A DNA stretch of 64,000 bases from positions 96,001 through 160,000 of IMG/VR virus record IMGVR_UViG_3300030419_006251. One strand, given 5' to 3'. Source of the DNA: a virus. Its lineage: Duplodnaviria > Caudoviricetes. A model generated the notes under the pieces. The model was not told the DNA's origin. It did not search any database and saw nothing but the letters and a program-made list of their open reading frames with translations. This document shows, piece by piece, positions 17,289 to 28,616 of the stretch; position 1 is the stretch's first letter, and every line of letters begins with the position of its first letter. A program made the position numbers and the translations under genes.

Positions 17289-20200
17289 TTAATCCTCAGT
17301 CTCCGGGAATCCTTCTAACAAATTTGTCAATCCTACTGAACTTGGATCAAGCTTGGCCCGCTCCATAAGACTAGTAGGATCTTCTCCATATTCTACAGTG
17401 GCATCAACCTTTGCCAATTCAACTAATGAAAAATAGTCATATGGCCAATTATAAGTATAATCCATTGGAACTAATTTAGAACTTGTAGAGTCTCTAACTG
17501 TCACATAGTTGCTAAGGACGCCTTCATAAGCAGTACGACTTTTACCAACAACTTTATCAAAATAATTTTTCTGAGCTTTCTGCTTCACCTTGAAAACCAT
17601 CCATTGCAGTTTGTTTTGTATTTTTTTACCGGTGACTTGTGCATCGTAACCCATAAATTCTGTTGCAAGAAGAGGGTGCGAAATTGTTGCGCTTTGATGT
17701 TCAAAGGTGCGACCAATGTCTGGCAAAACATTTTGCCAGATATCTGTTAAATCTTGCTGGCTTAGTATTACAGAAAATTCAAAAATATACATTGCAAATG
17801 GTTGTACATCCTTGTTGGTTAAAAAGTCCATTTTTGGAGGAAATACAAATTTATCCATTTTTTCAACCATGTCTATTATCGACTCACCCGGTACGAAATC
17901 TGCTCCTTCTCTTGGAGACTTTGGCGGATTACCCAACACTCGACTGTGCGCTTCATCTACTGTAGTTCTCGCTATTTCAAAAAAGTGTCTCTCACCATCT
18001 TTTTCAATAAATGGAACTGCAACGATAGCTTCGGATATTGTCTTACTTGATGCTGGTTTACCAAGCTTAACAGGACTTGTGTCAAACCCAACCAAGTCTG
18101 CCAATGAACCTATCGACTTCGCTTCATCATGAGATTTGGCGAGACCCATTCGTAAGAAGTTATATGGAACATCGACAACCTCTAAGAACACTCCTGTGTC
18201 ACTGTCTGTTGGGTATTCTCCATATTGATGCCACATGCCATATGCAGAAGACTCTTTGGCAAAAGATCTTCCAGTGCTTCCGGATTTCATAAAATTCAAT
18301 ATTGGTGTTTCAAATTTAGTTTGTATAACCCACGAAGTTAGATCAGATTGCGGATCGTCAGAAACCGTTATTGCTTGGCCCGTGATTGCGCTATATTCGG
18401 CACTTTTTTGTGTGGCCTTTTGCATTAAGTTAATTGATGCTGAAATTTGCATTGCATTTTCATCTATTAAGTCTCGTCCTTGAGGATATGGGTCAAAGAA
18501 ATTTTGTACTTTTGCAATAATATTATCATTACCATTTTTCAGTTCTTTGTCTTTAGCGTGGGCAGATCTATCTAAGTCTATCGGCCTAGACCAAGGCCAG
18601 TTTGGAACATGCTGATTGTGCTCCACTTGGCTTGTTCCGCCTAGACCAGAATTTATAGACGGATCTTGCTTTGCTTTTTGTCGCCCAGCGCGCGTGTACA
18701 TAATCTCTGTACCTTCCAATATTTCATCTAAAGTATATTTTGCCGAACCCTTCGAAGGGGTGAATTCTAGATATGCCCAGGCACCACCATCATAGTACGG
18801 TGGCGTATACGGCATATTAAAGCCAGCATTAGAGCCCCAAAAGCCTATTGTTGGAGGCCCGAAAGCAGATGGGCGACTATACATGTTAATCGTAGGCTCA
18901 GAAAGTGACCACGGATGAGGGACTGGATTGTCTGTGCCCAATCTCTCCATGTTAAACTGTCCATTTCTATAATGATACTCACTTCTAACGCTAGAACTTA
19001 ATCTGTTAAAGTTTTGGTCCTTATTTACACTTTTTCGTATTTTTACCAGGGCTCCAAATTTTCTGTCTGAAGTAATGTCCGCTTCAGTCACTTGGCCAAA
19101 AAGATCATGATTTTCTGGGAGTGACGCAATCGCGCTAAACCCTCCACCTTGTAAGAAAAACTCTGGTACTTCTGCGAAGAAATTGTTTGCCGCCATTCTA
19201 TACAGATCTGAACTCGGTGACGATACTGCAGCTGTCAAGGGTAAATATAGAGAACCCGACGGGTGTGGTTCCATATTTGTTACAGGCAGATCCAGAATAT
19301 ATTGTTGTGGATTTATGATGGCCTCGAAAGGAATTCTATGGTGGAATCTCGGCTCGGCAATATAGTAGCCACTAGCTGTATGATCATATGCTGCATTATA
19401 GGCCATGCCCGTACCACTACTGTTAGCGCTAGCTGCTTCGGCCGTATGCCCCCTGTTGACGCCCTTAATGACGGGATCTTTGTGTACTTTATAAGATCCC
19501 GTCATAATGGGGTAATCAACTGCGAGTCCGGACTTAATTGAGTTAAACATAATTCCCGGGGCGAAGAAGGGCCTCATATAAACAGACCACTCTGCGGCCT
19601 GGACGCGCTGGCCAGTTGTTCCGCCGGCAGGAGAAGTTGTTTGCCCAGAGGGGCCAATTGTTAGCGTTTTATCGATATTCGAATCTATTTGATACATATT
19701 CGGGCCGAACGATTGTGAAAACAGCGATGCTAACTGAGTTGTTCTTTGAGCAGGATAAAATCCATCATAAGGCAATAGTTTTAGATATGCTGAACACTTG
19801 AGTTCAATTTGGGTCGGCCCGCCAAATACTTCATGATCTGTATCGACAATATCGAATTTTTTCATAAAATCAGAATGACTATATACTTTATAAAAGTCTT
19901 CTAATCCAGAGTTATCATATGAAGAACCGGTTAATGAAAGCGATGCCGTATTTTCAGCTAAGAAATCACCTCCCTTTTGAAGCATATAGAAGGGAATGTG
20001 TTCGCTAATTTTAAATTCAGGAATAATTGAATATTCTTTACCCTTAAGTCGAAGATCCTCCGAAGCATATTCTTCATATGAATCATAAAATGGATACTTT
20101 CCTGATTGGGCTGGAACTTCCCAAGTTGTTTCTCCACCAAACACTTCCCAGCCATCATGTGTGCCGGCCTCTGTGTGTAAAAACCAGTCCAAAGAAGAGC

Positions 20201-23200
20201 CGCTCATTGTAAATTTTCGCGGTGCTGTGCCAACAGCGTTATAAGGGGCAACCACTGACATTCCGCGAACACCATAGCGCCACTGATCTGCTGAGCCGGT
20301 TGTTTCAATCGTGTGCCTTCTGTGGTATTGAGCGCCCGGGACTAGCTGATCATAATTGACTGCACTTCCATAATAGGTCTTTCCTCTTAACTGAACATGA
20401 TAATTTTGTAGTTCACCAGATCCAGAAGTCTTTAGGTTCGGATTTACTGCTGAGTTATTCCACTTGTCTTGCGCGGTGGGACTATCGGGCATATTGATGG
20501 GCCACATTTCATCCGGGCCAGTCTTGGATGGGCCCATATAGGCGCCATCATCGGTGGCATCTAGTGGCCATGTGCTATACAGATATTTGCTATCGATCGC
20601 CACACTGTCAAACTTGAAGCCGCCGTCGCTATCTGACTTAGGATAATTTTGTGAATTTTTAAAAGTGGTAATAGATTGAGGATGCACCACATATCGTTTA
20701 TTGGAAATTGGTGTAGTCACGCCGTCGTCGTTTAACCAATTGTCGGGACTAAAGGTTACTCCGCGTTCAGAACGGCGACTGTTCCAGCTAAATTGAAAAT
20801 TCTTACGAGTTCTTACTGTGTTCGAATAGCGATTAACTTCTTTTGGATAAACGCCCTCAGAATATGCTAAGTAATTAAAACTTACAGACGGAACCTTAGT
20901 TGCTCTAGTAAGTGCTTTTGTGTACTCTTCAACCATAGTACTATACATTGTAGGAATATTTTCCGTCAATCCTAATCTATTGTTAATTTCTTGATTTGAA
21001 TACATGCACATATTGTTTCTGTATGTGTGTTGCACTACCGTTCTACTATTAAGCACATGAGTCATAAAACGATTATATACGATAGGCGGCTCACTATAGG
21101 CTCTAAATCCGTTGCCGCGTGGTAGTCCTATAACATTCTTGCTACTTGTTGCTTCTACTATTGTACGCTCTATGGCGCCATCTACTATTGTTAAGGTATT
21201 GTTTTTCTTATGATGTAGGGCTACGGGGTGCTCTCCTCCGCGGATTTGTTTCCATGATGGCCAGCCATATGGACCCTGCCTGCTTAATAATATCGTATTG
21301 AACAGTGCGGCGTTACCTTCTGTTGAGGCAGGTATACCACCAGCAACAAATATATCATTTAAGTATCGTACAATCGAAGTATTTGTATTGCTAGCCGGAG
21401 AGCCTTCAGCGGACTCATAAGATGCCGGCTGAAATAGTGGCCATCCTAAATTATTATCAGAACCAGTGACGGGCTCATAAGTATGCAGATTTAGATTAAA
21501 TGGCGTATACACGAGACTTCCGGAATTTGTAGCGTTTAAGTTAAGACCAAATTTTCTTCCATAAGAACCGCCCCAACTTCCAACAGCGGAGCCAAAGCTG
21601 CTGCCAGTAACAAATTTGATTGCCGGAACATAAGCAGATCCAGTTCTTTCCGAAGCTTCAACAAAGGGTTGGGCCGGCACTTTTCCAGAAGGATGCAGGT
21701 GATGCCATATGGCGTGGCCGTTCGCATCAATAGCAGTTCCATGCAAATCTCTTTCACAAGAAGCCGACATCCACAAGTATTGAGCCCCTGCTCTCGGAAT
21801 TTCGTGAGTTATATACCAATTGTCATAATATGAGCTTGTTGGATAAGTGCAATGTTCTTTTACAACCGTTTCTCCGGGAAGCTGTTTGTTCGCAGTAGAT
21901 TGTTCATGTGAAACATTTAAAAAGGTGTCTGCAGCAAAATCTGATGAGGGCCACGAGTTTATTCTGCCTGCGGGTGGTGCCATATCCCAAAATCTATTTG
22001 TTAAGGTAGGTATACCTGTGCCATCAACTGCGTCATTATATGCACCATCAGGAGAAGAACCGTCGCCGAACCGGTACCACATCGCACATTTTCCAAACGA
22101 CGGATGATCTTCGAGATTAAACGGATTTGGATCGGAAGCAATAATCGTTACATCGTCTTGAGATAATTCATATGGCCATATAGAGCATTCATCCAAATAA
22201 CCGTACCAATAGTATATTGTATCAGTTCCGCACGGACTAGTTCTTCCAATATAACTATCACCAACAGGAGAGACAGGTACAGAATTTATCGGTACAGCCG
22301 TAACAGTAACAATGGTCTCCTTAGTTCCATCAATATATATATCTGGACCTTGAGGAGTTCCGTCAGTATTGATACGGAAACAATTGTGGGCTACGATCAC
22401 ATTACTCCACTGTCCCTCAGTAACCGCATTAGTAGATCTCCACTTTCCGCATGTAAAAGACCAAGTAACCTGTCCGCCGGCGGCATTTATTTGATTATCG
22501 TGATGTGGATTAGTATCTTGAGGCACAGATCTGGTTAAAAACGGTACTTCAACAACCACTTTATTATCTTGATCTAAATAAACATGCCTACTGGCGGTTA
22601 CAGTAAGCGAGTTGCCTGCTGCGTTATTTAAAGTTTGCGAGAGTACTCCAGAACCCAAAGAAAATATTCCTCTCTCACATTCGCCATCTTCTTCGCCTGT
22701 CAGTACATTGGGCCATGTCCAAATTGAAACGGACCATTCTGGCAGAAAAGCGTTTAAAGAAAAGGCGTTTACAGAACGCTGTCCTCTACGATCTTTGAGC
22801 TTTCCTGCTCCATAAGATCCGGCGAGGCCTCCGCTGCCTGGACCGGTGAGACGCGTATCATTCTGGGCTTCTCGGATTGTGCCGGCAGCAGGGGCCTCTC
22901 CCTGATTTTCAACATTGTTTTTTAAATTTCCGTCATCGTCGATATAATCGTTAAATTTAATTTGCAATTCATCAATTTTTCTACCAACTGAGGGGTTATC
23001 TTGTAAGCCGATAGTAACATAGCCTCTAAACACACAGTCTCCAGCGCCGCCAGCCTTTGTCCATTCTAAAGCTTTTCTATTAAAATCACTTTGAGAATAT
23101 ACACAGCTAGGATTTAAGCCATCAATGCGATATCCGGTATTTCTATTTGTTTTATGAAAGTTTGCTTTACCAGTATAATCAAGTGCGTTAACGCTAGCAG

Positions 23201-26200
23201 AACTAATATTTTCTGCGGCGGCTCCATTAGAAATGTTCATCTGATCGCTGTAATAGCCAAATTGCTTTGTATGGTTGGTTAGCAATTCTCTGACTCCATT
23301 TGGCCAGCGTCCCATTCCTCTTACTAACGAATTTCTATAGTTCATCGTATTATAAACAGAATATTGAGCTGTCTCTACATCTAAGCCGAAACCACCATCT
23401 TGATCACCAGCCTGTGATGGACCGCCGGGTGCTGAGAATCTTGACGCTATTACATGCTCGCTTCTACCTCTATCGTGTTTTAGAGTGCCACTAACATCAG
23501 AAACATACAGACATGAACCACTAACCAAAGTGATGCCTTCTGATTCGACAAGGGCCCTGTTGTTGGATTTTCTTCCATGCGCTTGTACGATTTCGTATTC
23601 GTTTTTATAATTACCCATTATCAATACAGAGCCTGTGGCTAATGTTTCTCCACCAATTTCAGTCGTATTTGGAGTATATTTAATATTTTGAATATTGAGT
23701 GGTCTCTTAGCAGAACAGTTTCTCAAATATATTGCTCTTGGTCTATCTATTGGCCTGAACCCGGATGCACATGTTCCCGGGCTTGGAGCGCCAAGAGGCG
23801 GGAATGGGTAGTCTGGACCAACCAAACCAAGCATTAGGGGGTCTGGAGAGTATGGAGAGGAATCCCCAGCCTCTGTAGACGATGGACCCGGAAGAAGCTT
23901 CCATGCTTCGGCTCTATTATTAAAATTATCTACGCCCGTATTTAAATCTATATGTCGATGTTGGCGACCTCCAACATGAGCAAAGGTGAATGGACCCTGC
24001 ATAGGTTCTTCGTTTCTTGAGCCGTAAGAATCAGCATGCAGATTTGTCACTGCGACATTTGAATGAAATGCTTCGTGTATCCGCTTTTGGAATGTACTCT
24101 TTACTGTTGTATAATACAGACTAAATGGCGCCACAAATTCGCCTTTCATAGTCGTTAAATAATCTGGAGGGTGTGCTCCGCCGTACCAAGGATCCTGTCC
24201 GTAATCTCTAAGCATTCTCGCTTTAAAATCATATCTATATTTGTTGTGTGGCCACTCGGAATCTAACCCATCTGTACATATTGGCTCGGCCCGGCCAGAA
24301 ACTCTCCTGGTGGGATCTGAGTCTGCAATATGTTTTGCCGACTTATTAACATAAATATCGTCAAACAACACCACATTAACAGGGAATCCAATATCATTAT
24401 TTTTTCCAAATGGATGAATTGCTGTTCTTGCTATATCTACTTTCTTAGTATCAACAAAGTTTGTACCTCCATGAATTTCTTTCGGTCGATCAAGATTAAG
24501 CCTATATGGTTTTGTAAATCTGCTGACAGCAAATGCAGAGCCGCTATAAGATGTGCCGTCTAATGTAGTCACTTTTCTGGATTCGTCGCGGTGGCGGCCC
24601 GTGATCTTTCTTATAGTCTCTCTATCGCTATCTACTTCAGAATCTCCTGATGTTGTGGCGTCGTCTCTTTCGGCGCGCTCATACCACCAAGGACAATTAG
24701 CTAACTGATTGGTTGTATCGGTAACTGGTGCGTGAGAATATTTCCAATTATATAGCAACTCGTTGATTCCGAAAAGGCCCGCTGTTGGCGGATCGGACTT
24801 CATTTCTATCGTTGGAAATTTATTCCAATATTTATTTCTCTCTAAAACATGGCTTTCAACTGTTGTTTGTAGGCCACGGGAAGTATCAGCAGAAGCAGGA
24901 ATTAATGCATATAACATTTCGTTAATACTATGATCAATCCATTTATAAAACTCTATGTACTTGTCTAAATCAGCTGTATTAGAGACTCTTTCAAAGAAAA
25001 GTTGGCGTAATTTTTCTAAAGATTTATATTCTTGTCGGTACCGATTAACTGGTGCACCGATTAAATTATTAAAATCAACAATCGTACCAAACATGTTTAA
25101 TATTTCTTCAGAAATTGTCTGGTACATGCTCTTTTCTATCGCAAAATAAAACTTTACAGGACGATGATCTCTAGTAAACAAATCGTCATCAGCAGTTCTA
25201 ATGCTAATCATATCGGAGCTATAAATTGTTTCTGGTAACTGCTGTTTTGCAGAATTGACATATCTTTTCTTAATTGCTTTTACTGAATCGGCTGGAAACT
25301 TATCTCCGCGAGCAGTGTGTTGTTTGTTTATTATATCGCCAAACCAACCGTAATCTGTAGATGTTGAAGAGCCAGAAGATGCATCGATCACAGTAAACTG
25401 ACCACTAGTGTCCGATGTTGATAATGTTTCAAAATCCCAGTTTAAAGCAAGAGTCTTGGCCTCTGGAACTCTTATGTTTTCCGTTTCCGAGTGTAATAAA
25501 GTTATATTTTTAGAGGGATTTTTAGTTCCATAGCTTTCAACATCTTTCGCGTGCGCCACGAAAACCGTATCATCGATATAAGTGGGCCAATATCTCACAG
25601 CACTAATTTCTACATCTGAATAGTTTAGCACGGCGCCAGTGAAATTAGTTCTATGGGCTCCAACGAATATTCGTTTGGAAGAGGACATAAAATTTTGTGC
25701 GGCTAATTCAGATAAAGACGCGGTTAATGAAAACTGGTTTTCCGTTGTGTCTAAAGTGTTATTAATTCCTCGGAATTCTAAGGTATAAGATTCGGAAGCT
25801 CCGCCAGTAAACGCAGTTGGCAAAGTGGCAACTGTACTAGAATTCCAGTTACTGTAGTTGCTAAAAGAGATTGTTGTATTGCCTGCCGCACCGTAGGTTC
25901 CTTGCGTTAATAAAACTTCGCCTGTGGCGCCGGCGCCGGCACTAGCAACAATGTCTAAGGTTGAATGTGCATTTATTTTTGCTATAAGATCAGTGGCTGT
26001 GCCTGCACCACCACCGCCCGATCCTGCGATATTATTAACTGCCGTGTTGCCTGAAACGACTCCATCCGCTTCATTATCTATTTCAAAGGTAGCGGATGTT
26101 CCTTCATAATCTACTATTGTAATAGTTGTTGTTTCAAGGGGCTTGTCGTTGAATACAAAAGTTGCGGTTGCAGCATGTTGTTTTCCAGTATAAATTCCGT

Positions 26201-28607
26201 CAGTAATTGGATAATTATCTGGTTTAATTCTAACCGCAAAGTTCCACTTTTCATTATCATAAACATCTTGGAATACGCTGCTTGTTAGCGTAGTTATCGG
26301 AGATTCAAGGCCAGAAACAGTTGTGGCTGAAGAAGTTAATTTAAAATAGCCGTGTGGTGATTCTTCTTCAGTTCTGACAAACAAAACATGGAAGTTAGCC
26401 GGATCGGGATTCTGAAAAGCGTAGCTGCTTGCATCCGATCCTACGGTGTGCATTCCGAATAGTGAAGATTCCGTGAATTCCGTTCTAAAATATCCGGGTT
26501 TATTTTTTTCTGGCTTTTTAGGAAAGAATACCTCTGTTTCCATTGTTGCGCCGAAATGTGCCTCTTTATCAATTGATTTCGAGCCACTAATATAACTAAC
26601 AGAATTTGTGTTGCCCGACTCAGCATATTGATATACTGTAGCTCCAAAAAGAGAGGTATCATTAAAGTTTGCATACCTCCTTACCTTTGCTTTTGCCTTG
26701 TAGTGGTCTTCGAGCTTGTATGTTACATTGTCTCCATAAAGGTTTAATTTAATTAATTCTTCATCGACTCCAAAACAGCGAATTAGATTTCTAAATGCCT
26801 TTTCAGTACCCTTCTCTTTATAAATATTGACAAGGTTGTTGTATATATTTCGGTATATTAAGTTTCTAGTATCGTGAAGTTCAAGCTCAAACTTTTTTGA
26901 TTCACTGCGAGATAGAATTTTAGCCAAGACATCGGCATTGGAGAATAGTTCTGAAGCTGGCATACCATAATGTTCTATCAACTTATTCGCGAACGGCAAA
27001 GGCTTTAAACTAGCAGATGGATAAATGTTGTCTTTTAGCCTGTTTATATTCGATATCTGCATGTGTAGCGTATCAAAATATGATGCCATAATTTGAACTA
27101 AGTTTTCTAGGTCTTGGGCGCCGCGTTTTTCTTGATATTCAAAAATCCAGGCCGGCATAGTGTTGTATATAAGATTGTTATTATTTTTATCCCAAGTCGA
27201 TCCGCTAGTTTTTAAATTATAAGTAAGATCGGATACAGACGGATGAATTGGATATATAATCGGATCTCTAAACTCGGTAGCCGATGCAGTCGATTCTACC
27301 ATTGCCGAGCCAGTTGCGCGCGCAGTAGAGCCAGGATAACCAATCCATACACCATTTGATATTCTACCGGAATAGTCTAGTACGGTCGAATCGTGTTCGG
27401 TGACGCCGGTTATTCCTTCGTTAAATTTGTAATAAACTCCTAAAGTCGTATTTGCTATATCGGTATTTGTTCCGCCACCAACCTGATGATTCCAATATCT
27501 TCCTACTTTCTTATGATCTCTTTCTGTTTTCCAAAATCTAAATTCATCTAGTGATGCAGATAACTTTCCAGCACCTTGTGTTAAGCTAACTCCAGACACT
27601 GGGCTCGCTCTTAGGGCGCCAATATTTGCGACTAAGGCTCCAGTTATTTCTAATATATTTGTACCTAACAGTTTCTCATCATCTAGTGTGCCGTTGACAT
27701 ATAGGCGAGTTCGTATCTTTGTGCCATCATTTTTAAAAGTAAACGCATAGTGTGCCCAATTTTGTAATGAGGACTTTGTTACGCCGGTGCCGACTGTAGT
27801 GTCTGTATACCCAGTAGAGCCAGAAAGACATGTAAGTCTAAATGGAGACGCCGAAGCACTAGAGTTTAATTCAATAAGAAGCCTACCATAATCGCCTGTG
27901 GCGACAGTATTTCCGTTCCATAAATCAAATACTACTTCTTTTACTGTCTTGCTGGCATCGAAGGCTGCTTTTTTTAACCAGAATTCTACAGTCACACCAT
28001 CATCTAATTTCGTTTTAAGGTTTGATTCTCTAGAACCCAGGCCGACTGCTCCACCAGATTTTGTTTCTAAATCACTGTTGGTCTCGTAATAGTTTGAACC
28101 AACTCCCGGCTTGTGCGTGTAAAACTTTTCTACTAAAGTCTTTGCTGAACCTGAATGTGGGCCGCCTTTAACTTGGACATATTCAATGTCGGATGGTAGT
28201 CCGTAGTTCGAAGTAATAGAGCCATTGAGGCTTCCCCAGCCATCAGTTGTCGAGCAAAGATTAATATATCCATTTGTTCTCGGATACATATTCTTGAAAA
28301 TATATAAATCTAATTGAGAAGACGATAATTCCCAATTAACTTTTTCTGCTAAAGTACCATCATAGGGGTATTGATCCTGAATTCTTGATATCGAATCCTC
28401 ATAGTATTTTTCAGCTGATCCGTATTTTGCAAAGTTGGATGCTGAAACAGGATGAAATCGTACATGTGTTAAAAACCTTTCTCTATCTTCGATTCGAGCA
28501 TCAACATAGCGTTCAGACTCAGTGTCCTCGCCATGTTTTTTTACGGATCTACTCGACAAAGGCTTTTGCGCCTTTTCTTTAATAAAAAGTTTTTTGATAT
28601 CACTCAT
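17289..28607 (-). CDS. Giant virion protein (3772 aa) with three LamG/concanavalin A-like domains; putative receptor-binding/baseplate protein
   Basis: 11.3-kb open frame. LamG-like motif sets: TVEFWLK..WAHYAFT..LYVNG..LDEFRFW (~27400-28010); ETEVFF..WNFAVR..IFVGA..SAVRYW (~25570-26550); WSVSIW..WSNVIV..IYIDG..LDECSIW (~22060-22750). Confidence 0.75.
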   Translation of the reverse strand: MSDIKKLFIKEKAQKPLSSRSVKKHGEDTESERYVDARIEDRERFLTHVRFHPVSASNFAKYGSAEKYYEDSISRIQDQYPYDGTLAEKVNWELSSSQLDLYIFKNMYPRTNGYINLCSTTDGWGSLNGSITSNYGLPSDIEYVQVKGGPHSGSAKTLVEKFYTHKPGVGSNYYETNSDLETKSGGAVGLGSRESNLKTKLDDGVTVEFWLKKAAFDASKTVKEVVFDLWNGNTVATGDYGRLLIELNSSASASPFRLTCLSGSTGYTDTTVGTGVTKSSLQNWAHYAFTFKNDGTKIRTRLYVNGTLDDEKLLGTNILEITGALVANIGALRASPVSGVSLTQGAGKLSASLDEFRFWKTERDHKKVGRYWNHQVGGGTNTDIANTTLGVYYKFNEGITGVTEHDSTVLDYSGRISNGVWIGYPGSTARATGSAMVESTASATEFRDPIIYPIHPSVSDLTYNLKTSGSTWDKNNNNLIYNTMPAWIFEYQEKRGAQDLENLVQIMASYFDTLHMQISNINRLKDNIYPSASLKPLPFANKLIEHYGMPASELFSNADVLAKILSRSESKKFELELHDTRNLIYRNIYNNLVNIYKEKGTEKAFRNLIRCFGVDEELIKLNLYGDNVTYKLEDHYKAKAKVRRYANFNDTSLFGATVYQYAESGNTNSVSYISGSKSIDKEAHFGATMETEVFFPKKPEKNKPGYFRTEFTESSLFGMHTVGSDASSYAFQNPDPANFHVLFVRTEEESPHGYFKLTSSATTVSGLESPITTLTSSVFQDVYDNEKWNFAVRIKPDNYPITDGIYTGKQHAATATFVFNDKPLETTTITIVDYEGTSATFEIDNEADGVVSGNTAVNNIAGSGGGGAGTATDLIAKINAHSTLDIVASAGAGATGEVLLTQGTYGAAGNTTISFSNYSNWNSSTVATLPTAFTGGASESYTLEFRGINNTLDTTENQFSLTASLSELAAQNFMSSSKRIFVGAHRTNFTGAVLNYSDVEISAVRYWPTYIDDTVFVAHAKDVESYGTKNPSKNITLLHSETENIRVPEAKTLALNWDFETLSTSDTSGQFTVIDASSGSSTSTDYGWFGDIINKQHTARGDKFPADSVKAIKKRYVNSAKQQLPETIYSSDMISIRTADDDLFTRDHRPVKFYFAIEKSMYQTISEEILNMFGTIVDFNNLIGAPVNRYRQEYKSLEKLRQLFFERVSNTADLDKYIEFYKWIDHSINEMLYALIPASADTSRGLQTTVESHVLERNKYWNKFPTIEMKSDPPTAGLFGINELLYNWKYSHAPVTDTTNQLANCPWWYERAERDDATTSGDSEVDSDRETIRKITGRHRDESRKVTTLDGTSYSGSAFAVSRFTKPYRLNLDRPKEIHGGTNFVDTKKVDIARTAIHPFGKNNDIGFPVNVVLFDDIYVNKSAKHIADSDPTRRVSGRAEPICTDGLDSEWPHNKYRYDFKARMLRDYGQDPWYGGAHPPDYLTTMKGEFVAPFSLYYTTVKSTFQKRIHEAFHSNVAVTNLHADSYGSRNEEPMQGPFTFAHVGGRQHRHIDLNTGVDNFNNRAEAWKLLPGPSSTEAGDSSPYSPDPLMLGLVGPDYPFPPLGAPSPGTCASGFRPIDRPRAIYLRNCSAKRPLNIQNIKYTPNTTEIGGETLATGSVLIMGNYKNEYEIVQAHGRKSNNRALVESEGITLVSGSCLYVSDVSGTLKHDRGRSEHVIASRFSAPGGPSQAGDQDGGFGLDVETAQYSVYNTMNYRNSLVRGMGRWPNGVRELLTNHTKQFGYYSDQMNISNGAAAENISSASVNALDYTGKANFHKTNRNTGYRIDGLNPSCVYSQSDFNRKALEWTKAGGAGDCVFRGYVTIGLQDNPSVGRKIDELQIKFNDYIDDDGNLKNNVENQGEAPAAGTIREAQNDTRLTGPGSGGLAGSYGAGKLKDRRGQRSVNAFSLNAFLPEWSVSIWTWPNVLTGEEDGECERGIFSLGSGVLSQTLNNAAGNSLTVTASRHVYLDQDNKVVVEVPFLTRSVPQDTNPHHDNQINAAGGQVTWSFTCGKWRSTNAVTEGQWSNVIVAHNCFRINTDGTPQGPDIYIDGTKETIVTVTAVPINSVPVSPVGDSYIGRTSPCGTDTIYYWYGYLDECSIWPYELSQDDVTIIASDPNPFNLEDHPSFGKCAMWYRFGDGSSPDGAYNDAVDGTGIPTLTNRFWDMAPPAGRINSWPSSDFAADTFLNVSHEQSTANKQLPGETVVKEHCTYPTSSYYDNWYITHEIPRAGAQYLWMSASCERDLHGTAIDANGHAIWHHLHPSGKVPAQPFVEASERTGSAYVPAIKFVTGSSFGSAVGSWGGSYGRKFGLNLNATNSGSLVYTPFNLNLHTYEPVTGSDNNLGWPLFQPASYESAEGSPASNTNTSIVRYLNDIFVAGGIPASTEGNAALFNTILLSRQGPYGWPSWKQIRGGEHPVALHHKKNNTLTIVDGAIERTIVEATSSKNVIGLPRGNGFRAYSEPPIVYNRFMTHVLNSRTVVQHTYRNNMCMYSNQEINNRLGLTENIPTMYSTMVEEYTKALTRATKVPSVSFNYLAYSEGVYPKEVNRYSNTVRTRKNFQFSWNSRRSERGVTFSPDNWLNDDGVTTPISNKRYVVHPQSITTFKNSQNYPKSDSDGGFKFDSVAIDSKYLYSTWPLDATDDGAYMGPSKTGPDEMWPINMPDSPTAQDKWNNSAVNPNLKTSGSGELQNYHVQLRGKTYYGSAVNYDQLVPGAQYHRRHTIETTGSADQWRYGVRGMSVVAPYNAVGTAPRKFTMSGSSLDWFLHTEAGTHDGWEVFGGETTWEVPAQSGKYPFYDSYEEYASEDLRLKGKEYSIIPEFKISEHIPFYMLQKGGDFLAENTASLSLTGSSYDNSGLEDFYKVYSHSDFMKKFDIVDTDHEVFGGPTQIELKCSAYLKLLPYDGFYPAQRTTQLASLFSQSFGPNMYQIDSNIDKTLTIGPSGQTTSPAGGTTGQRVQAAEWSVYMRPFFAPGIMFNSIKSGLAVDYPIMTGSYKVHKDPVIKGVNRGHTAEAASANSSGTGMAYNAAYDHTASGYYIAEPRFHHRIPFEAIINPQQYILDLPVTNMEPHPSGSLYLPLTAAVSSPSSDLYRMAANNFFAEVPEFFLQGGGFSAIASLPENHDLFGQVTEADITSDRKFGALVKIRKSVNKDQNFNRLSSSVRSEYHYRNGQFNMERLGTDNPVPHPWSLSEPTINMYSRPSAFGPPTIGFWGSNAGFNMPYTPPYYDGGAWAYLEFTPSKGSAKYTLDEILEGTEIMYTRAGRQKAKQDPSINSGLGGTSQVEHNQHVPNWPWSRPIDLDRSAHAKDKELKNGNDNIIAKVQNFFDPYPQGRDLIDENAMQISASINLMQKATQKSAEYSAITGQAITVSDDPQSDLTSWVIQTKFETPILNFMKSGSTGRSFAKESSAYGMWHQYGEYPTDSDTGVFLEVVDVPYNFLRMGLAKSHDEAKSIGSLADLVGFDTSPVKLGKPASSKTISEAIVAVPFIEKDGERHFFEIARTTVDEAHSRVLGNPPKSPREGADFVPGESIIDMVEKMDKFVFPPKMDFLTNKDVQPFAMYIFEFSVILSQQDLTDIWQNVLPDIGRTFEHQSATISHPLLATEFMGYDAQVTGKKIQNKLQWMVFKVKQKAQKNYFDKVVGKSRTAYEGVLSNYVTVRDSTSSKLVPMDYTYNWPYDYFSLVELAKVDATVEYGEDPTSLMERAKLDPSSVGLTNLLEGFPETED

Positions 28608-28616
28608 AATGATTTA

